Below are positions 39,909 through 51,300 of a stretch of DNA of 64,000 nucleotides, one piece after another. The position numbers and the translations under genes were made by a program. The notes beneath the pieces were generated by a model. That model was not told where the DNA came from. It saw only the letters and a program-made list of their open reading frames with translations, and did no database searches. Position 1 is the first letter of the stretch. Each line of letters starts with the position of its first letter. The DNA is taken from NCBI GenBank assembly GCA_976551045.1, contig CDPCPM010000247.1, positions 1,054,001 through 1,118,000 on the forward strand, read 5' to 3'. This DNA comes from Glaucostegus cemiculus. Its lineage: Eukaryota.

Positions 39909-40200
39909 CCAGGTTCTGCGACCACCAATATACTGTTTTCCTGGACGCTATTCATTAACTCCGGGCAGCATTGTCAATGCTCCCCCTTGTTCAACCATTT
40001 AACAATGAGCCCGGCTCTGTGCCCAAGGCTGCGTTTCCTGTAATCAACCCGTAATGTTCCCTCCTTTCCCCCGCACACCTCTGCACTGCATTCAGACCAT
40101 CACTGCTGAAGAGTAGCGAAAGGCCGAGCCTGGAGAGACACTACCTTCCTCCCGGCAGCATGACAGCAGCCAGGGCTCCATCGCCGCGCCGCCGCTAACT
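39909..40200 (-). other. RHNO1: Putative non-coding first exon of RHNO1
   Basis: Lies in the CpG island with a strong donor gg|gtgagtc at 39908-39902. An alternative donor ag|gtgtgc lies near 40078. TSS not determinable. Confidence 0.45.
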
Positions 40201-40375
40201 GTTGCACTCTTCCGCCCTCTCCCATTGGCCGGCGGCTCCCTCCGAACCGGGAGCTTCAGCTCACCCATTCGTCGCCGCTGCCCCACCTGACCTTCGCGGC
40301 GTCTCCTCATTGGTCCGGAGGGGGAGAACGCTGGAAATTCAAACAAAATCTGCTGGCAAACTGTAACAAGGAAAC
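40185..40375. promoter_or_regulatory. FOXM1/RHNO1 bidirectional promoter core inside a CpG island (~39880-41340)
   Basis: Two inverted CCAAT boxes (ATTGG 40224-40228 and 40309-40313), E2F-like TTCGCGGC 40293-40300 and a CHR element TTCAAA 40338-40343, typical of cell-cycle promoters. Confidence 0.75.
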
Positions 40376-40889
40376 CGGGGAGGCGGCGGCCCGAGCCCGG
40401 GGGGGAGGCGGCGGAGGAGGAGGAGGCAGCGGCCCGGACACAGCGGCGGCCCGAGCCCGGGGGGGAGGCGGCGGAGGAGGAGGAGGCAGCGGCCCGGACA
40501 CAGCGGCGGCCCGAGCCCGGGGGGGAGGCGGCGGAGGAGGAGGAGGAGGCAGCGGCCCGGACACAGCGGCGACCCGAGCCCGGGGGGGAGGAGGCAGCGG
40601 CCCGGACACAGCGGCCCGGACACAGCGGCGGCCCGGACACAGCGGCGGCCCGGACACAGCGGCGGCCCGAGCCCGGGGGGGGGGAGGCGGAGGAGGAGGA
40701 GGCAGTGGCCTGGATACAGCGGCGGCCCGAAGCGCTCATACGCGGGGAACGGCGCGGGAGGTCAGGACCGGCCCAGCGAGGACCCGCACGGCACAGACCG
40801 CCCGGGGCACCACCACCGCCGGCCCCGGGCCGCTCGCTAGGACAGGGCGCCGGGGGTCGGCCCGCTTCGCTGAACTCGCTAATATGCAG
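40340..40889 (+). other. FOXM1: FOXM1 5'UTR exon 1
   Basis: Ends at the consensus donor cag|gtgagc (GT 40890-40891). Start approximated at the CHR. Confidence 0.65.
40377..40730. repeat. GC-rich minisatellite (60-63-bp units plus 15-18-bp subunits)
   Basis: Three near-identical units (gcggcggcccgagcccgggggggaggcggcggaggaggaggaggcagcggcccggacaca) from 40381, then repeats of cggcccggacacag. Confidence 0.95.
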
Positions 40890-41174
40890 GTGAGCGCAGA
40901 GAGCGGGCCCGGTCCCCGACCACCCCCCCCCCCCCCCCGCCGTGTAAAACGAACTGCAACAACGGCCCGGGGTTCCAGAGCTGCCCGCGGTGATGCGGAG
41001 CTGCCCGCCCAGCCCAGCCCAGCCCTGCCCTGCCCTGTGCTGGAGCCGGCTGCCGTGTCAGTGAATGTGCCCACGCTGTTGCCCAACGTGCACTGGACTG
41101 TGGTTAGACTTCAGTTCAAGCGACCTCCAGAAATGTGCTGATTCCCAGCTCGATCCAACTGAAGTCCGGTTCAA

Positions 41175-41328
41175 CAAACAATCTGCTGGAGGAACAGTCC
41201 TGATGCAGGGCTTCGACCTGAAACGTCGACAATTCCTTTACCCCCACAGATGCTGCTGCTCGACCCGCTGAGTTCCTCCAGCAGTTTGTTGCTCCAGATC
41301 CCGGCGTCTGCAGTCCCCTGTTGTGTCT
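41175..41328 (+). mobile_element. Mini Penelope-derived insertion with hammerhead motif
   Basis: 16-bp TSD ctgaagtccggttcaa (41159-41174 and 41329-41344), internal inverted repeat, and a HHR-like core at 41196-41231. Confidence 0.8.
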
Positions 41329-42156
41329 CTGAAGTCCGGTTCAAATCCTACCTCATGCAAAACTACAAGAGTAGCTTTAGTTTCTTGGGGACGATAATAT
41401 TAGTGGCATATTTACCGGATTGGTACCTGGTAGAATATTTTACTGGAAACCAAGTAAACCCTGATTTCCTCTTTAATGTCCCTTTCAAAAAAAACTTTCA
41501 CGTGAAGTCTGACATTAATCATCTATTCCGTTTTCTGAACTCCGCTTCCTTCCTGTCGTTCAGTTGTCAACTTCAGAATCCTCATTCTCATTTTTAAATA
41601 TTTGCTTGGCCCTTCCAGGTCGCCTATTGAAATCTTCATTTATAGGGACTTATGGAAGGTATTTGATACGTCCGTTAAGACTGTTTTAGTCGCATTTCCA
41701 AGCTGACTGTAATCAACTGAAATTTCCAGTCATTCTATTCTTAATTATAGATCCTACTCTATTTTCCCACAGCAGTTCTCTGATTACCCACTCTCACGCA
41801 GACCAATATGTTTAACTTTAGAATTTAAAAGAGCAGTCCCAAAATCAAAGTTCATGGGTAAATTATAGTTAGGGCATCTGCTATGGTCTCAGTTACTTAA
41901 AACCTTGGGATGGACAACATCTGATCCTGGGGATTTGTCACTCTTTAGTAGCATTATTTTTTTGTCTAAATATTCCATGACCTTGTCATTCATGAGCATA
42001 CTGTATATATGTTGTATAATTTATGTGATAGGTAGTATTTAGTACTGTGTAGCATTTGTTACTGTTATTTCTGATTAAGTGACGGTTTCTAAACATTATA
42101 ATGTTGCAGACACACACAAGCCTGGTATTACTGAACAAGCCCCTGTTGCAGTAAGA

Positions 42157-42799
42157 ATGAAGGCCAGCCCAAGGAGGCCCTTGATTCTGAAACGGAGGAA
42201 GCGCCCCCTGACCTTCAGTAATCCAGTGGATACAAAGGACAATGCTAGTGAAGAGAAAACCTTTGGGAGCAAACACAAAGCTGTGGCTGGAGATTTTGAT
42301 ACAGCCCGTGCCTGCCCAAGTAAAGATATTTTGGGAACGTCAAAAAAGAACACAGCCACTGACATTCAAAAATTTCCAGAAGGGATTCGCATTGTAAACC
42401 ATCCATCCATACCCAACACTCAAGTGGTATTAATTCCAAGAAATGCTGATCTTCAAAGTATCATAGCAGCACTCACTGCAAAAGGAAAAGAAAGTGGCTC
42501 CAATGGTCCGAAGAAATTTATTCTTTTGAGTGGTAATGCAGCTTCCTCTCGCCAAAGTCCGCCTTCAGGAAGTAATGATCCTTCCTCAACTCAGATTGGT
42601 TTTCCTAATATTTTAGAAAGCAGCCAAAAATCTCTGGCATTACATGAAGAACCAAGCATAAAAGTTGCTACTACAGATAGCAAAGTGGCAACGCCAGAAT
42701 CTGCAAACAGTTTCAGCATCAAAAAGGAGGAGCCTTGCACAGCACACGTCCCTGAAACACTGGTGCCATCAGCTCTGTATCACCCAGACACTGATGCAG
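42157..42799 (+). CDS. FOXM1: FOXM1 coding exon 2 (N-terminal repressor domain)
   Basis: MKASPRRPLILKRRK...FPEGIRIVNHPSIPNTQVVLIPRNADLQSIIAALTAKGKESGSNGPKKFILLS. Acceptor near 42109; donor cag|gtaagg at 42800; phase 1. Confidence 0.96.
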
Positions 42800-43069
42800 G
42801 TAAGGAACATTCCTTTGTGATATTATTATACCTGACAGGGAAGTTAGCTGGAAAATACATTATCTGAAGTAAATGAAATGCAAATTAAAATACTAATCAG
42901 CAAGATTCTTCCTCAGATAAGGATCACTAACAATAATCTTCCTCTCTTTCAAATGCTGTCTTGCCATTTTTGTTGAAGTTTTTGATGTATAAATTTGGGA
43001 CATTTATAATAATTCGTTGTTTTCCACTATGAAGGAATCGATGTGTGAACTATTCAATTTCATATTTAT

Positions 43070-43393
43070 CATGACAAAGGTCATTCAGCCCATCAGGTCT
43101 ATGCTAACCCTCAGCAATCCCATCATTCACATTTCCCCGATTACTTTCCCAATGACCTGTACTCTGTCACATACGCATCAATTCCCCCTGACTTTCCTGC
43201 CACACCCCTACACTAAGGCTGATTTACAGTAATCGATTAATCTACCAGTTGGCATCTCTGGCACATGGAGGTGACATCATGCAGCCAAGAGGAGAATGTA
43301 CTCACTCCTCACAGACAGTGCCAAGATCAGGATCAAACCTGGGTCTCCTGAGCTTGAGACAGCAGCACTAACTGCTGTGCCACTATGCTGCCT
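43070..43393 (-). mobile_element. tRNA-derived HE1/V-SINE-like element
   Basis: Minus strand starts ggcagcatagtggcacagcagttagtgctgctg...gacccaggtttgatcct (A/B boxes), followed by a V-domain-like core and a CR1-like tail. Confidence 0.75.
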
Positions 43394-44369
43394 ATATAAT
43401 GCAATGTAAGATCAATATAGGAACACTTTGATATTTTGGCACCTGCTACTGGAAAAGTAAAACCAAATCAATTTAAAGCCACACTTGCTTCATTCACAGA
43501 GTTATGAGTGACTTTCAGATAATAATGTAAACTTCCATGGAGATGAGAAGTAGTGTCAATATTCCTTTTCTGACTTGTACTATTATCTGAATGCCTTGGA
43601 CTCTAGTCTATAATGATTTATTTTTCATAGCTACCTTTTTTGTTCTAATTCGTTCAAAGTGAAAATCCAACTGCAGGCCAAATTGTATATTGAAACTCCA
43701 TACTAAAGTGGGAGCCCCTGCTCCACAAGACAAACAACCACATTTTATTATCTTAATTAATTTGGATATTTTTAGATATTTAGTGAGAAAACCAGTATCT
43801 ATTTTCAGAGGATACATGGTGGCGGGGCTTTCAAGCCCCTGTGCATGGATAGGTTTGTTGTTAAATTGAGTTTAAAAATAGACAGCACTTTGCATACTCC
43901 TCAACCTGTCAACTTCCATTTTTTAATCTGGGTCTGTGAGGCTTCAGGCAAGAAGCCACTTCAAATTAATTGTAAAATCAGTGTCACAGAAAATTGGGGA
44001 ATTTTCCTGAACTTGTCAATAAAGCCAAAGTCAGAGCACTGTGTGATTGGATGGTATCTGGTGAGTTTTCAGGAACCTAATAGTAAATACTGCATGTTCA
44101 TGTTTACTTTTTTGAGTGACTCTGAAAACTGTCTTCCCAGTAGTTGTATTAGGAAAGTGCTCAAGTAGGATTGGAGAAAGTTCTTTCAATTTGCAGTAAC
44201 ATTTTGTATTTTGCAGTTTGCTTTCCAAATTGCTTGGTTATTCATTGTACTTTGCAACTGTCTACATCATCAGGAGTACTGCTTGTGTTGCGAAACTTTG
44301 AGGCACAGGAGTGGAGAATGATGCACAACATCAAGAACCTTAAGCAGCTCCTTATGTTTCTGGAGCTGC

Positions 44370-44630
44370 ATAGGGGAAAGTTGGAGGGAGATGTGTGAGG
44401 CAAGTTTTCTACACAGAGAGTGGTGGGTCTGCCAGGGGTGGTGGTGGTGGTGGCAAATGTGATAGAAACGTTTAAGAGGTTCTTGTAAAGGCACATGAAT
44501 ATGCAGACAGTGGAGGGATATGGACCATGAGCAGGCAGAAGGGACTAGTGCAATTAGGCATCATTAGCTTAATTAGTTCAGCACAACATTGTGGGCTGAA
44601 GGACCTGTTCCTGTGCTGTACTGTTCTATG
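44370..44630 (+). mobile_element. CR1 3' fragment
   Basis: GDV.GKFSTQRVV motif and a tgtactgttctatg tail. Confidence 0.8.
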
Positions 44631-45103
44631 ACATCAGCAAAGAGGTTTGGCTTGCTGGTGGTTATATCTGCCATATGCTGATACTGTGTTTCCATGGTGT
44701 GTTTTAGGAATCTTAGTGGTGGCAGTAATTTTTGGCATCTTGGAATGAAACCTTTTTTGTTGAACCTGGTGACTGTGCTCTGTCAGTAGCTGTCTAGGTG
44801 ACCATATCCTGCAATTTCTTTGTCTTAGGATCCCTTCAGGGTTTTGCCTTTGATGTACGTAGCACCTCACCCGTGTTCTCTGCAGGTCATGGACACCTCG
44901 TTTTCTCGTATGGCCAATTTACATAATCGCAGAAAGTTTACACTCGGGAAGGAGGCCATTCAGCTACTGAGTCTGTGCCAACTCATTGCAAGGATGATCC
45001 AGCTATTACCACTTCCCACCTTTTCTCCAGGCTTTGCAATATTTTTTTCATTTAAAATACTTTGAGCATCACAATTGAATCTGCCTCCACCACTATTTTA
45101 ATG

Positions 45104-48100
45104 CAAGGAGTATAGTGAACAAGGCGGATGAGCTTAGAGCTTGGATAAATACTTGGAGCTACGATGTGGTGGCCACTACAGAGACTTGGATGCCTCAGGG
45201 ATTGGAATGGTCGCTTCAAGTGCCGGGTTTTAGATGTTTCAGAAAGGACAGGGAGGCATAAGAGGCGGGGGAGTGGCACTGTTGAGCAGAGAGAGTGTCA
45301 CGGCTGCAGAAAAGGTGGACATCATGGAGGGACTGTCTACAGAGTCTCTGTGTGTGGAGGTTAGGAACAGGAAAGGGTCAATAACTTTACTGAGTGTTTT
45401 TTATAGGCCGCCCAATGGTAACAGAGATATTGAGGAGCACATAGGGAAGCAGATCCTAAAAAGGTGCGATAATAACAGAGTTGTTGTGATGGAAGATTTT
45501 AATTTGCCAAACATCGATTGGCATCTCCAGACAGTGAGGGATTTGGATGGGGTGGAGTTTAAGTGTGTTCAGCAAGGATTCGTGACACAATATGTAGATA
45601 GGCCTACAAGAGGAGAGGCTGTGCTTGATTTGGCATTGGGAAATGAACCTGGTCAGGCGTCAGACCTCTCAGTGGGTGAGCATTTTGGTGATCATAATTC
45701 TATCTCCTTTACATTAGCACTGGAGAGAGAGATAGGAACAGACAGACTAGAAAGGCATTTACTTGGAGTAAAGGGAATTATGAGGCTCTCAGGCAGGAAA
45801 TTGGAAGATTAAATTGGAACAGTTGTTCTCGGGAAAAGTACAGAAAAAATGTGGCAAATATTCGGAGTATTTGTGTGGAGTTCTGCATAGGCATGTTCCA
45901 ATGCGTCAGGGGAGTCACAAGAGGATACAGGAACTGTGGTGTACAAAGGCTATAATAAATCTAGTCAAAAGGAAAAGAAAAGCCTACAAAAAGTATAGAG
46001 AGATGGGTAACATTAGAGAGATCTGGAAGAGTAAGGAAGGAGCTTAAGATGGAAATTAGGAGAGCCAGGAGGGGACATGAGAAGGCCTTGGCAGGCAGGA
46101 TTAAGGAAAACCCCAAGGCATTTTATAAGTATGTGAAGAGCAAGAGGATAAGATGCGAAAGAATAGGGCCTATCAAGTGCAGCAGTGGGAAAGTGTGTAT
46201 GGATCTGGAAGAAATAGCGGAGGTATTTAATGAATACTTTACATCAGTATTCACTATGAAAAAGATCTGGGGGATTGTAGTGCGGACTTGCAGCAGGCTG
46301 AAAAGCTTGAGCATGTAGATATTAGGAAAGAGAAGGTGCTGGTGCGGGAACTTTGGATAAGCTGCCAGGGCCAAATGGGTTGTACCCCAGGCTGCTGTGG
46401 GAGGCGAGGGAGGAGATTGCGGTGCCTCTGACAATGATCTTTGCATCATCGATGGAGATGGGAGAGGTTCCAGCAGATTGGAGGGTTGCAGATGTTTTTC
46501 CCTTATTCAAGAAAGGGAGTAGTGATAGCCCAGGAAATTATAGACTGGTGAGTCTTACCTCAGTGGTTGGTAAGCTGATGGAGAAGATCCTGAGAGGCGG
46601 GATTTATGAACATTTGGAGAGGTATCATATGATTTGGAATAGTCAACATAGTCATGGGATCCAAGGGGACATTGCAATGTGGATCCAGAAATGGCTGTCT
46701 CTCAGAAGGCAAAGAGTGGTTGTTGAAGGGTCGTATTCTGCATGGAGGTCAGTGACCAGTGGTGTATCTCTCAGATCTGTTCCGGGACTCTTACTCTTTG
46801 TGATTTTTTTTATAAATGACTTGGATGAGGAAGTGGAGGGATGGTTTAGTAAGTCTGCTGATAACACAAAGGTTGGATGTGTTGTGAATAGTATAGAGGG
46901 CTGTCAGAGGTTACAGCGGGAAATAGATAGGATGCAAAGTAGAGCTAAGAAATGGCAGATGCTGTTCAACCCAGATAAGTGTGAAGTGGTTCATTTTGGT
47001 AGGTCAAATATGATGGCAGAATATAGTATTAATGGTAGGACTCTTGGCAGTGTGGAGGATCAGAGGGATCTTAGGGTCCATAGGTCACTCAAAGCGGCTG
47101 AGCAGGTTGACTCTGTGGTTAAGGCAGCGTATGATGTATTGTCCTTCATCAATTGTGGAATTGAATTGAGGAGCAGGGAGGTGTTGTTGCAGTTATATAG
47201 GACACTGGTCAGACCCCACTTGGAGTATTCCTGAATGGCAGCACACTCGGTTGCTGTGGCCACTCCCTGGTCTGTGGTGTTTTGTGTTTTTTGTCAGTTT
47301 TTCAGTGTTTTGTGCTGTTTTATGTGTTCTTTTGTGCTTTTGTGTTTGTGTTTATGCGTTTATGTTAAGTGTTATGGTTTCGGGCTGCTGTTGACACCAC
47401 CGACAGCTCGTCGGAGGCAGCACCGGGCCCTGGAGGTGGGCTCTGGAGGCGAGTTACAGCAGCCCTCCAGTCCAGGTGCTGGACTGCTGTCCGGGGAGAC
47501 GTGGCGAGGCAGGCCGGTGGAGAGGTCAGAGGTGGTGGTCGATCGAGTTGGAGGTGGTCTGGTCGAGGCAGGCTGCCGGCTGGAGGTGGACGAGTCGAGG
47601 CGGGCCGGTCGGTCGAGCTGGAGGTGGTCGGACTGGTTGGTCGAGCCGGAGGTGGTCTGGTCGAGGCGGGCCGGTCGGTCAAGCTGTCGAGCTGGAGGTG
47701 GTCGGGAACAACTCAGCGCTGTCACTGGCCTGATGTCCTGACATTTTCCCTTGTCTCCTTGTCTTTGTTGTCTTGAATGTGTTTTGCACCTGGTCCTGAG
47801 GAGGACGGCATTTCGCTTCCATGCACACTTATGTACGTATGGAAGTGACAATAAATTGAATCTGTATCTATTGTGCTCAGTTCTGGTTGCCTCACTACAG
47901 GAAGCATGTGGAAGCCATAGAAAGGGTGCAGAGGAGATTTGCAAGGATGCTGCCTGGTATGTGGAGCATGCCTTATGAAAGCAGGTTGAGAGAACTCGGC
48001 CTTTTCACCTTGGAGCTACGGAGAATGAGGGGGGACCTAATAGAGGTGTATAAGATGATGAGAGACATTGATCAGGTGGATAGTCAGAGACTTTTCCCCA

Positions 48101-48395
48101 GGGCTGAAATGGTGGCCACAAGAGGACATAGCTTTAAGGTGCTGGGGAGTAGGTATAGAGGAGATGTCAAGGGTAAGTTTTTTTTACTCAGAGTGGTGAG
48201 GTTGTGGAATGGGCTGCCAGCAACTGTGGTGGAGGTGGATACCATAGGGTCTTTTAAGAGTCTGTTGGTTAGGTACATGGAGATGAGAAAAATAGAGGGT
48301 TATGGGTAAGCCTAGTAATTTCTAGGGTAGGAACATATTCGGTACAGTTTTGTGGGCCGAAGGGCCTGAATTGTGCTGTAGGCTTTTCTATGTTG
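45104..48395 (+). mobile_element. Near full-length CR1 ORF2 (APE endonuclease plus RT), frameshifted and interrupted by a nested insertion
   Basis: GGGVAL, YRPP, DFNLPNIDW and PTRGEAVLDL (endonuclease); PGNYRLVSLTS, INDLD and RPHLEY (RT); C-terminus resumes at 47869. Confidence 0.95.
47230..47868 (+). mobile_element. Non-coding VNTR-containing insertion nested in CR1
   Basis: Splits the CR1 sequence HLEY|CAQFW with a tatt duplication (47226-47229 and 47869-47872). Contains a T/G-rich tract, ggtcgag(c)tggaggtggt repeats and an AATAAA-bearing tail. Confidence 0.8.
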
Positions 48396-51300
48396 CCTAT
48401 GCCCTCTCCAAGATCTCCATAATTTCCTGGTCGTGCCCTGAACTGTCCAGCTGTGACCAGACATTGTTTTTATAAAGTTTCATCATAACTTCTGTACTCT
48501 TGTATTCCATTTTATGAAACCTAGAGTCTTCCATGCTTTCTTAACCACTTTCTCAACCTACTCTCCCCCATTCAATGATGTATATACAGACATCCTAATG
48601 ATTTCTGTCTTGCTTTATTCGTTTATATATTGTGCTCTCCAGTTCATATTCATTCTCTTTATTTTAAAAATTTGCCTTTGTCATTTTTCTGCATTAAATT
48701 TCATTTGCCATTGGCGTCCTTCTCACAGTTTGCTGCACTTCCAAGTTTTAGTCCCATTTCAAGCTTTGCTTTGATAAGACTAGTTGGAACGAACAGGTAC
48801 TTAAGTATGTATGGCCTGCTCTGCACAGGTTCAGGATATCATTGATTGCACGTATGGTTATCAAACCACTTAGAGATCGTGCATTACTAAGAAGGGCTGC
48901 CACTTCGGTGTAAAGCTAACAAGTAGCCATAAGATGGTTTTCTGCAGATGTGTTCAAGATCCTAAGCAGCTGCATCCTGTAGAAGTCAATTTTCCATAAT
49001 CTCTTCATGCCTCAAAACAGACTCAAGAAATAGGAACACCAGTTTTTAAAAAAATTGGACCTAACACCTTTGTGGAATGAGGCCTAAGAATGCTATATAA
49101 AGAGCAACCTGTCGAGAAGGAGTAAGATTGCACTTATTATAGTTATGCTGAAAATGTACTTCAGTGCAAGGGCAGATGTGGAGGCACCTTTCAACGTGTA
49201 CCAATTAAAGTCTGTGACATGATGGTGGTCTAACATGCTGTGCACAGCATTGCATGACAATAAGGGATGGGGGCACAAACTGGGGTGAGAGCCTTTGGAT
49301 GAGGAGCAGTAGCAGGAGAAGCAGGATTAGGCCATTTGATTCTTTGAGTCTGCTCTGCCAATCTGTACAATCTATCACAATACCATATTCCCACACTGTC
49401 CTCGTATCTCTTGATGCTCATTGCATCTACAAATGTATCTATCGCCTTGAATATATTCAGTAATTTGGTCTCTACAGCCTCTGTGCTAGTGAATGCCACA
49501 GGTTCACCAGGCCCTTTGTATGAAGAAATTTCTCCTAAATCTCTTGCCTGTAACCTGAGTCTGTGACCCCCCCCCCCCCACCTTGTCCTAATGTGAGGAA
49601 TATGCAGGGAATGAAAGCAACACATCTGGCTGCTCAGGATGTCCTCACTGCTGAATATTCATAGCTTGCAGGAGTTCACACATGTGCATCCTTTTTCCCT
49701 TCATTGAACCCATTTCCACCACCACAACCCAACCAAAAAACATGCATGGCAACCATCCACATCTCGCCATCCCACACAAGTTGAAAGGCCATTTGCGTGT
49801 GTGTGTGGTATACAATCTGGCTTCATTTGATGTTCAATGGCATTACCATCACTAGTTCTTGTTCTTAAGAGATAATTAAATGCATGTGTACTGAAAGAGG
49901 GCAAAGGACCAGAGGCAATATATTGTCCCTACAACCCCCACCTGTAGAAGCTTTGGCATATCAGCAGGTTCCCTCCAAGATTCACAAAATCCTGATTTTT
50001 TAAAAAAAATATATTGATATTCATTCATTGTTGCTGGTTCTCAATCCTGGAACTTCCTATGCAACAGCTTTGTGAGAGCACTTTCTCCTGAAGGTCTTCA
50101 ATACCAACTAGGCAGCTCATCAGCAACTTCTCAAGGGCAATTAGAGATGGTCAATAAATGGTAGCCTTATCCATGATGCTCTGATCCCAAAAATGAATAA
50201 ATAAAATCATTCATGTGGGCAGTCAGTCCCTCCCACTGTTCTCGCTATACCTTTCCAAGCACTCACACCTCCCTGTGGTTACCAGTTCTTGCGGTGAGAA
50301 AGGTTACAGTTGTTCATGTATATGGGGGGGGGGGGAATAATGAAATAAATGGAAAAGCTACTTTTAGGGATCGTTGGTGTGTGAGATGAGTGGGATTTAA
50401 AAATAAAACTGTAATGCAGTAACTGTAGGAAAGCAAGCTTGATGGATAGGATGATTTTTCTGTATATTTGATTTAGTTATAACTGCATTCCCACAAGGAA
50501 GCATTATACTGAGACAATGAAGTAACTGGCACTCAGTACAGAGAAACCTGGACAGCAGGCTTAGTTGATAATTGACCATGAACAACAGTGGCAGATAGTG
50601 ACATCTCCGTCTTCCTGTGACATCTGATGGCATTGTCATTGCAAAATCCCCCACCATCCTTCAAATCCTGAGCATTTCCAGAAACTTAATAGGACCAACC
50701 ATGTTAATCCTTATGAGAGGTTGTCAACTTTATTGTGAGTGACTCACCTTCTGATTCCCTAAAGCCTTTCACTGCCTGCAAGGCAGGTATAATGCTGTTT
50801 ACTCGCATGGGCAAATGAAGCTCGAACAGAGCTTGGGAAGCTTGACTCCATCGAAGACAAAACAGCCCACTGTACTTCACCCACTACCTTAAGCATTCAC
50901 TTCCTCCACCACTGAAACTTCGTGTCTGCATCGTGTACCACTTATGTGATTAACTGCAGCAAATTAGCAAGTCTTCTTGGGTAGCATCTTCTTTTCATTA
51001 AAAAAAAACTCAAATTTTTCCAGAGATTAGAACAAGGCAAAAGTCACATAGAGATGTCGCCATCCAGAAATTCCCTCCCAATTTGTACATTTCTGATTGG
51101 GAAGTATATTGCTGTTCAATGGTTGGTAAAAATCTGAGAACTTTGTACTCAGCAGCATAGTCATGGGTTCTACCACAAGAACTGCAATGGTTCAAGGCAG
51201 CTTATCACCACCTTACAGGCAATTGGAAATGGGCAATAAATACCAGCAATGCTCACCTACGAGTCTAATGCTCACCTCAGAAGTCAGGTTCAGCTCCACA

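Noticed and set aside
40377-40730. CRISPR-like periodicity
   Set aside because: Head-to-tail units with no unique spacers; vertebrate DNA; no cas genes.
40092-41141. Several long Pro/Ala/Arg-rich ORFs around the promoter
   Set aside because: By-products of the GC-rich tandem repeat and CpG island. They are open in multiple frames, mostly with non-ATG starts, and show no recognisable homology.
47235-47944. Overlapping 105-190 aa ORFs on both strands
   Set aside because: They arise from the stop-poor VNTR of the nested insertion.
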